Origin: Eledone cirrhosa
Taxonomy: Eukaryota
DNA: 64,000 bases
NCBI GenBank assembly: GCA_964016885.1
Contig: OZ024758.1
Coordinates: 35,340,001 to 35,404,000, forward strand
Direction of reading: 5' to 3'
The notes beneath the pieces were generated by a model. That model ran no database searches and was not told the DNA's origin. It saw only the letters and a list, made by a program, of their open reading frames with translations. This document shows, in pieces, positions 57,495 through 64,000 of the stretch (the stretch's first letter is position 1; the number at the start of each line of letters is the position of its first letter). A program made the position numbers and the translations under genes.

Positions 57495-58478
57495 TAGGCT
57501 TCACATGCAGCAGCTGTGCTGAGACAGCAAGCAGCAAACTGCCAAAGGAAAGAAGTACCACCAATCTCTGGGAGGGCCCTGTAGAAACAGTAGACAGCTT
57601 CTGTTACCTAGGTGACCGAATTAGCAGCGGAGGTGGGTGTTCGGAAAGTACAATAACTAGGGTAAGAACGGGATGGAAGAAGTTCAGGGAGCTACTGCCA
57701 CTGCTAGCTGCAAAATGCTAGCCTCAAAATGAAAGGCAGACTGTATGATGCGTGTATCCGAACAGCAATGTTGCATGGTAGTGAGACCTGGGCGCTGAAG
57801 GTGGAAGACTTACGTAGATTAGAGAGAAACAAAGCCTGCATGCTCCGATGGATGTGTAATAGTAATATACGTGAACGACAAAGCATAAATGAACTGAGAG
57901 AGAGACTGAGCAAAAGAGGAATCAAATGCTGTGTGCAAGAGAGGCGGTTGCGCTGGTATGGACATGTGATGCGTATGAAGGATGACAGCTGCATAAAAAG
58001 GTGCAGAGCACTAGAAGTCGATGGAAACCGCGGAGTGGGGAGACCCAAGAAGACCTGGGATGAGGTGATAAAAGCCGACCTTACCCAATTACACCTCTCA
58101 AAGGCGATGACTTCTGGCGTCACGCAGTAATACAGAGTACCCGACCTCCCATGGGTACAAGCTGATGCATATAGACAATATGCCCCCACACCCTCCCACT
58201 GTAAGGTGGTCGTGGAGGTGCCACAGCAAAAAAGCACCCAGCCCACACTGTAAAGTGGACGTGTAGGCGCCACGAAAAAGCACCCAGCACTCACTGTAAA
58301 TGAGGTTGGTGTTAGGAAGGGCATCCAGCTGTAGAAATCAAGCCAAAATCAGTTCCTGTATGAGCAAGGCAGATCCTGTATCAGCCGACCAGACACTGCA
58401 CACAATAGGACAACCCGTCTAACCCATTCTAGCGTGGAAGAACGGACGTAAAACGGTGATGATGATGATGATGATGAT
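57495..58478 (+). mobile_element. RTE-clade LINE 3' portion (RT end, C-terminus, 3' UTR, (TGA)n tail)
   Basis: VDSFCYLGD, KGRLYDACIRTAMLHGSETW, RLRWYGHVMR and GRPKKTWDEVIKADL motifs. Confidence 0.92.
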
Positions 58479-58586
58479 ACATATATGTGTGTGCATATAT
58501 ATATATATATACATATACATACATATATATAAGGGTGAGAAATGAAATTTCATTTTTTCCATTTATATATATATATATATTCTATT

Positions 58587-58772
58587 CTAGGGCGGGTAAA
58601 ATTTCCGAGATCCATGGACGAGTTCTCTCCAGCGGTCTCTGTCCCTCATTATCACTGCCATGTCCCGCGTCTCCAACAGACCAGTGTCTGTCCTTAGGGC
58701 ATCAACATATGTTAACCTTGGTCTTCCTCTTCCAGTGTGGCCATGTAGGGGCTCCCACAGGAGCACTGAGTG
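58587..58772 (-). mobile_element. RTE-like LINE 3' fragment, unamplified relative of 20425-21630
   Basis: HSVLLWEPLHGHTGRGRPRLTYVDALRTDTGL...FYPP*. Confidence 0.85.
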
Positions 58773-58929
58773 TATTATCAATTATAAAAGAGGTTATATT
58801 TAATTTGTTGGGATTCAATAAGCTTAAACATTTTTATAACTGATATAAAGCACTCAACAGTTTGCCTTGGTTGCCCTTGAAATATGTATAATAAAATAAA
58901 TATGGTTTTATAAATATAGTTTCCATTTA

Positions 58930-58972
<43 letters not shown>

Positions 58973-59080
58973 AGGAAAAGAGTCAGGACCCCAACTGCTG
59001 ATCTCTGGCCGGAGCTCAGCTGTTGGGTTCCTGGCTCTTTTCCTATTACCCACTCTTCTACCCTAAGTATTGAGTACTCT

Positions 59081-59142
<62 letters not shown>

Positions 59143-59690
59143 TATATATATATATATACATATATGTATATATATATATATCCAAAATTAAAATTAAGGG
59201 TTGTCATGTCTGAGAGACATGCACCATGCGTAGAATAAGCTGAAAGATTAGATCCGAGCATTACATATCAACTAGAAATAGATTGACATATATATATATA
59301 TATATATAATAAATACATGAAACAATCACAGGGAATAATTTGTAAAGAATGTAGGCACACATAGCTAGGTAGGTAACTAATTAAAGCTTGACTAGAACTT
59401 CAAATATAGATACCTTTTAAAATGATTAATCTCCTTTGTATATATTTCTTTAAGTAAGAAATATATTTCACCTATTAATCCGTAAATCACAGCAGTTAAA
59501 TTCTTGGATGTTCACCAAATGAGAAGAAAAATAACCATCTGCGTTTACACAGCAAATGCAAATCTGCGAATGATTTGAACCACGTGTTGCATTTTTTTAA
59601 AAATACACTCGTTGAACAACGTCATCCCAGTGGCCTGAATAGGACCATCGACAGCCAGAAATATAAATATAAATATATATATATGTATAT

Positions 59691-59994
59691 ATAATATAAG
59701 ATCAAAAGATGGTTAAAGGAATTCCATGTATTTTATTATGCGCATTTCAAAAACAAACATCATCATGCAATAATATTTGTGTTTTCATCAGATAAAACAG
59801 GAGAACATGATATGAAGGCTAAAAAAAACACTTGTGGATAGTGCAGTTTTAAATTCGCATAATAAAATACATGGAACTCCTTTAACCATCTTTTGATCTT
59901 ATATTATGTATACTCCAGTCCTACAAACTGTAGAGTGCTTCTTATCCGATATCTGCATTGCTTTATTGTACTACAATAAAACTCACCTCCTACA
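59691..59994. mobile_element. Family A element, inverted arrangement with a different junction (hammerhead -59731..59797)
   Basis: The left part matches 23290-23452. The right part is the reverse complement of 23203-23342. Confidence 0.85.
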
Positions 59995-60017
59995 TTATAT
60001 GTATATATATATATATA

Positions 60018-60327
60018 TTCTCTTTTACTCTTTTAACGTGTTCCAGCGATCCAGTTGAGGCCATGCTGGGGCATGCCCTTGTTACACATTCTTTCTCCAA
60101 CCTGTGTTGGTTGGCCATTCGGCAAAGAGGGGGTTCGTTGTTGCTGCCCTTAGGTTACCTTCGAACCATGCTGTGGGCTCATCCAGGATCCTGGTAACAG
60201 GGTGTCGAGATGTTCCTTGAAAACATCCACGTCCACACCATGCAGATCTCTCAAATTCCTTGGCAGCTTGTTGAAGAGGTGAGGGCCCTTGAACCCCAGG
60301 TTATTGTAATACCTGCTCCTTATTCTG
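60018..60327 (-). mobile_element. CR1/L2-group LINE 3' fragment, diverged relative of 43908-46415
   Basis: RIRSRYYNNLGFKGPHLFNKLPRNLRDLHGVDVDVFKEHLD and tail CTCTTTTACTCTTTT. Confidence 0.9.
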
Positions 60328-60534
60328 TATATATTTATAAGTATATATCTATATATGTGTGTGTGTGGTAGGAAGTATGGTAAGGAACGAAGTGGACCAT
60401 AACGCACCAGATCACGCGATACTTTGGTTAGTAGATATATATATATATGTGAGTGTGTGTTAAGCTATTCTATTAAATCAACCCCAGGATATCACTGGTA
60501 CTATATTTTATCAACCCCTGAATTATGAAATCAT

Positions 60535-60690
60535 TTCATTTTACGTCCCCTTTTCCCTGCTTGCAAGAGTGGGACAGGAACTGATTCTGGCTTGATTTCT
60601 ACAGCTTGATGCCCTTCCTAAAACCAACCTCATTTACAGTGAGTGCTGGGTGATTTTTTGCCGTGGCACCTCTACGACCACTTTACAGTG
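60535..60690 (-). mobile_element. RTE 3' UTR fragment
   Basis: TTTCTACAGCTTGATGCCCTTCCTAAAACCAACCTCATTTACAGTGAGTGCTGGGTG is the reverse complement of about 58280-58337. Confidence 0.8.
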
Positions 60691-60719
60691 GAATGATAGG
60701 GACTCCAGTCCCTATCATC

Positions 60720-60820
60720 TCATTTCTACAGCTGAGTAAACTGGAGCAATTTGAAATAAAGTGTCTTGCTCAAGGAAACAACACATTAACCGGTCGGAGA
60801 ATTGAACTCACAACCTTTCG
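60720..60820 (-). mobile_element. Fragment of a second tRNA-derived SINE family
   Basis: Minus strand has B-box-like GTGAGTTCAATTCTC, then CCTTGAGCAAGACACTTT...CCAGTTTACTCAGCTGTAGAAATG, a CORE/V-like central domain. Confidence 0.6.
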
Positions 60821-60917
60821 ATAAAGAATAATACAATTATAGAGATTATAAAAGATTATAAAAGAATAATACGTATTATTCCTTTCGAATACAATAAAAG
60901 GCCTGCTGTTACAACTT

Positions 60918-61378
60918 TGGTATTTATTGAGGATATTGTGACTCGTTTAACCCTTTAGCATTTAAACCGGCCATATCCGGCCAGAAATCTCTCACTTTTT
61001 TCTGTTCAAACCGGCTGTAACTAGCCACTCATACTGACGTTAAGGTATTCTTCTCAAAATAAATATTATCAAAATCTCATAGATTCAATATTATGTGAGA
61101 TAACTATATAAGATAAAGTGTTTACTGTGACATTACAATAGTAAATATAGAGTAATGTAAGTGCTAAAGGGTTAAATAACTTAAATTTACAACTTCAAGG
61201 TAAAACTCAGCTCGTAAATGAAATGTATAACCATATTGTTGCCTTTGAAAAAAAGCTACAGTTGTGGGAACATCAACTTTGAAATAAAAATTATGTGCAT
61301 TTTCCATCATTTCAAGGAGGGAAATCACAGGATTCAGAGGTATTTGTGAATATAATTCAAGATTTGAGAAATGAATAG
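60918..61378 (+). pseudogene. hAT (Charlie/SPIN/GTF2IRD2-like) transposase relic interrupted by a MITE
   Basis: After removing the MITE the frame reads LVFIEDIVTRLNNLNLQLQGKTQLVNEMYNHIVAFEKKLQLWEHQL*NKNYVHFPSF. Confidence 0.8.
60951..61171. mobile_element. piggyBac-type MITE
   Basis: TTAA|CCCTTTAGCATTTA ... TAAGTGCTAAAGGG|TTAA: TTAA TSD and 5'-CCC termini. Confidence 0.88.
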
Positions 61379-61510
61379 TATAGTCGACACTCGAGATAAA
61401 AATTTTAGCTTGTGTAATTTTCCATAATTATTCTTTTATGGCGTTCGTCCGGCCCATGGAGGCAAAGAAGTTGGCAATCCCTGATCTACACCAATGTTTT
61501 CCTGTTACAG

Positions 61511-61648
61511 TGTGCAGTAGTGGAAGACTTGGTGCCAACTGTGATCAGGTGTGTCATTGTGAAGATAACAACAGGTGTAATGTGGAATTAGGGATCTGTT
61601 CAAGGGGTAGATGTGCTCCAGGTTATGAAGGAAACAGTTGTCAGAAAG
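61511..61648 (+). CDS. Internal exon encoding a laminin-type EGF-like repeat (MEGF10/Draper-, SCARF- or receptor PTP-like protein)
   Basis: Acceptor TTTTCCTGTTACAG and donor GTTAGT. The exon is 138 bp, phase 1-1, and encodes CSSGRLGANCDQVCHCEDNNRCNVELGICSRGRCAPGYEGNSCQK. Confidence 0.88.
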
Positions 61649-61689
61649 GTTAGTTATTTTCATATCTCAGCTTTTATCTCTCACCAGTC

Positions 61690-62345
61690 CAGGTACTTTA
61701 TTTTATCAACCCCAGTACATTACTGGTACTTTATTTTATCAATCCCAGTACATTACTGGTACTTTATTTTATCAATCCCAGTACATTACTGGTACTTTAT
61801 TTTGTCAACCCCAGTACGTTACTGGTACTTTACTTTATCAACCCCAGTACGTTACTGGTACTTTATTTTATCAACCCCAGTGCATTACTGGTACTTTACT
61901 TTATCAATCCCAGTACATTCCTGGTACTTTACTTTATCAACCCCAGTACGTTACTAGTACTTTATTTTATCAACTCCAGTACATTACTGGTACTTTATTT
62001 TATCAACCCCAGTACATTACTGGTACTTTACTTTATCAACCCCAGTACGTTACTGGTACTTTACTTTATCAACCCCAGTACATTACTGGTACTTTACTTT
62101 ATCAACCCCAGTACGTTACTGGTACTTTACTTTATCAACCCCCGTACATTACTGGTACTTTACTTTATCAACCCCAGTACGTTACTGATACTTTACTTTA
62201 TCAAACCCAGTACATTACTGGTACTTTACTTTATCAACCCCCAGTACATTACTGGTACCTTACTTTATCAACCCAAGAACGTTACAGGTACTTTACTTCA
62301 TCAACCCCAGTACGTTACTGGTACTTTACTTTATCAACCCTGTTA
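61690..62345. repeat. 33-bp minisatellite (about 20 copies) derived from the SINE core
   Basis: Unit TTTTATCAACCCCAGTACATTACTGGTACTTTA is the reverse complement of the SINE segment GGGGTTGATAAAATAAAGTACCAGTAATGTACT. It runs into SINE sequence at 62340-62390. Confidence 0.93.
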
Positions 62346-62389
62346 GGATGAAAGCCAGAGCTATAACTTCAGTAGGATTTGAACCCAGT

Positions 62390-63400
62390 TACGGCCCTTT
62401 ACGTTCTGAGTTCAAATCCCATCAAGGTAAGCTTTGCCTTTCATCCTTACTGGGTTGATAAAATAAAGTACCAGTAACACACTGGGGTCAATCAACACCC
62501 CTTCCCCAAATGTGTTGGCCTTGCATCTAAATCAGAAACCATTAAAATAATCTCTAAATATTATTAGTTAGAAATATTAGTTAATAATTGTTTCTACGTT
62601 AGGCACAAGGCCAGCAATTACCCCAGTGAATTACTGCTACTTTATTTTATCGACCCCGTAAGGATGAAAGGCAAAGTTAACCTCGGTGGGATTTGAACTC
62701 AGAATGGCAAGGGCCGTAACTCTATGCATCAAAGCATGGCGTCCGACCCTCCACTGATACTGCCAATCCACTGCCATTAATATTATTATTGACTAATAAT
62801 ATTAACTAATAATATTAACTAATAATATTAACTAATAATATTAACTAATTATATTAACTAATAATATTAACTAATAATATTAACTAATAATATTAACTAA
62901 TTATATTAACTAATAATATTAACTAATTATATTAACTAATAATATTAACTAATAATATATACTAATTATATAACTCTATGCATCAAAGCATGGCGTCCGA
63001 CGCTCCACCGATACTGCCAATCCACCGAATAATATTAACTAATTCAAATCCCGCCGAGGTTAACTTTGCCTTTCATCCTTACGGGGTTGATAAAATAAAG
63101 TACCAGTAATACACTGGGGTAATTGCTGGCCTTGTGCCTAATGTAAAAATTATTTAAATTATTAGTGAATATTATTAGTTGATAATATTAGTTAATATTA
63201 TTAGTTAATATAATTAGTGAATGTTATTAGTTAATATTATTAGGTGATAATATTAGTTAATATTATTAGTTAATATAATTAGTCAATATAATTAGCTAAT
63301 GAGGTTAACTTTGCCTTTCATCCTTACGGGGTCGATAAAATAAAGTACCAGTAATGTACTGGGTAATTGCTGGCCTTGTGCCTAACGTAGAAACAATTAT
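62390..63400. mobile_element. Cluster of SINE copies and fragments in both orientations (+62390-62540, -62590-62775, -62970-63027, +63043-63145, +63300-63398)
   Basis: Repeated matches to the head, B-box and core of the 20079 SINE. Confidence 0.85.
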
Positions 63401-63727
63401 TAGTTCATATAATTAGTTACTATTATTAGTAAATATAATTAGTCAATATAATTAGTAAATATAATTAGTCAATATAATTAGTCAATATAATTAGTCAATA
63501 TAATTAGTCAATATAATTAGTCAATATTATTAGTCAATACTATTAGTAAATATAATTAGTCAATATAATAAGTCAATATAATTAGTCAATATAATTAGTC
63601 AATATAATTAGTCAATATAATTAGTCAATATTATTACTCAATATAATTAGTCAATATAATTAGTCAATATAATTAGTCAATATTATTACTCAATATTATT
63701 AATAAATATAATTAGTCAATATAATTA
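62776..63727. repeat. 13-bp AT-rich minisatellite interleaved with SINEs
   Basis: TATTAACTAATAA on the left, and its inverse TTAGT(C/T)AATAT(A/T)A on the right. Confidence 0.9.
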
Positions 63728-63886
63728 GAAACAATTATATTTTATCAACCCCAGAATGTTGGTTGTGTGGGTTTTTTATTTCTGTATGAAGTTCAGACAG
63801 ACAGCCATACAGACACATGATATGAGTGTGCAACATCGTAGCTATGTTTCTGTCAGTTGAAAGCAAGTCTTTGTATTAACTTTTAG

Positions 63887-63921
63887 AGAAAGTCACACCC
63901 AGTTAAATTACATGACCTTAG
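63887..63921 (+). other. Possible micro-exon
   Basis: TATTAACTTTTAG acceptor-like site and a strong AG|GTAAGT donor. Continuing in phase 1 gives EKVTPS*, so it is uncertain. Confidence 0.25.
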
Positions 63922-64000
63922 GTAAGTGTATGGGAGAGACAGGAGGAGAGATAGAGAGAGAGGGGGCGAGAGAGACCGAGAGAGGGAGATAGAGGGAGAG

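Noticed and set aside
61613-62351. 11-aa repeat ORFs (TGTLFYQPQYI / STPVHYWYFIL) as an extension of the EGF protein
   Set aside because: They lie beyond the splice donor at 61649 and are translations of the SINE-derived 33-bp array.

Overview
AT-rich, repeat-dominated eukaryotic DNA, probably from a cephalopod such as Octopus (inferred from the SINE/LINE complement, very long (TA)n tracts and a TGEKP-linked C2H2 array). Bases 1-18.5 kb are a 54-bp satellite with higher-order blocks. The rest is TA microsatellite interleaved with Penelope-like element (PLE) GIY-YIG fragments, RTE and CR1-type LINEs, tRNA-derived SINEs, a piggyBac-type MITE inside a hAT relic, minisatellites derived from transposon pieces, a degenerate C2H2 ORF and one clear EGF-like host exon. 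The most striking signal is non-coding: about 15 minimal type I hammerhead ribozyme motifs from about 7 unrelated sequence families. Most occur as opposite-strand pairs in the arms of fold-back palindromic elements embedded in (TA)n, and one element has a matching empty site inside the window. Nearly all ORFs in the supplied track are artefacts of repeats. All coordinates, pairings and counts were read by eye.
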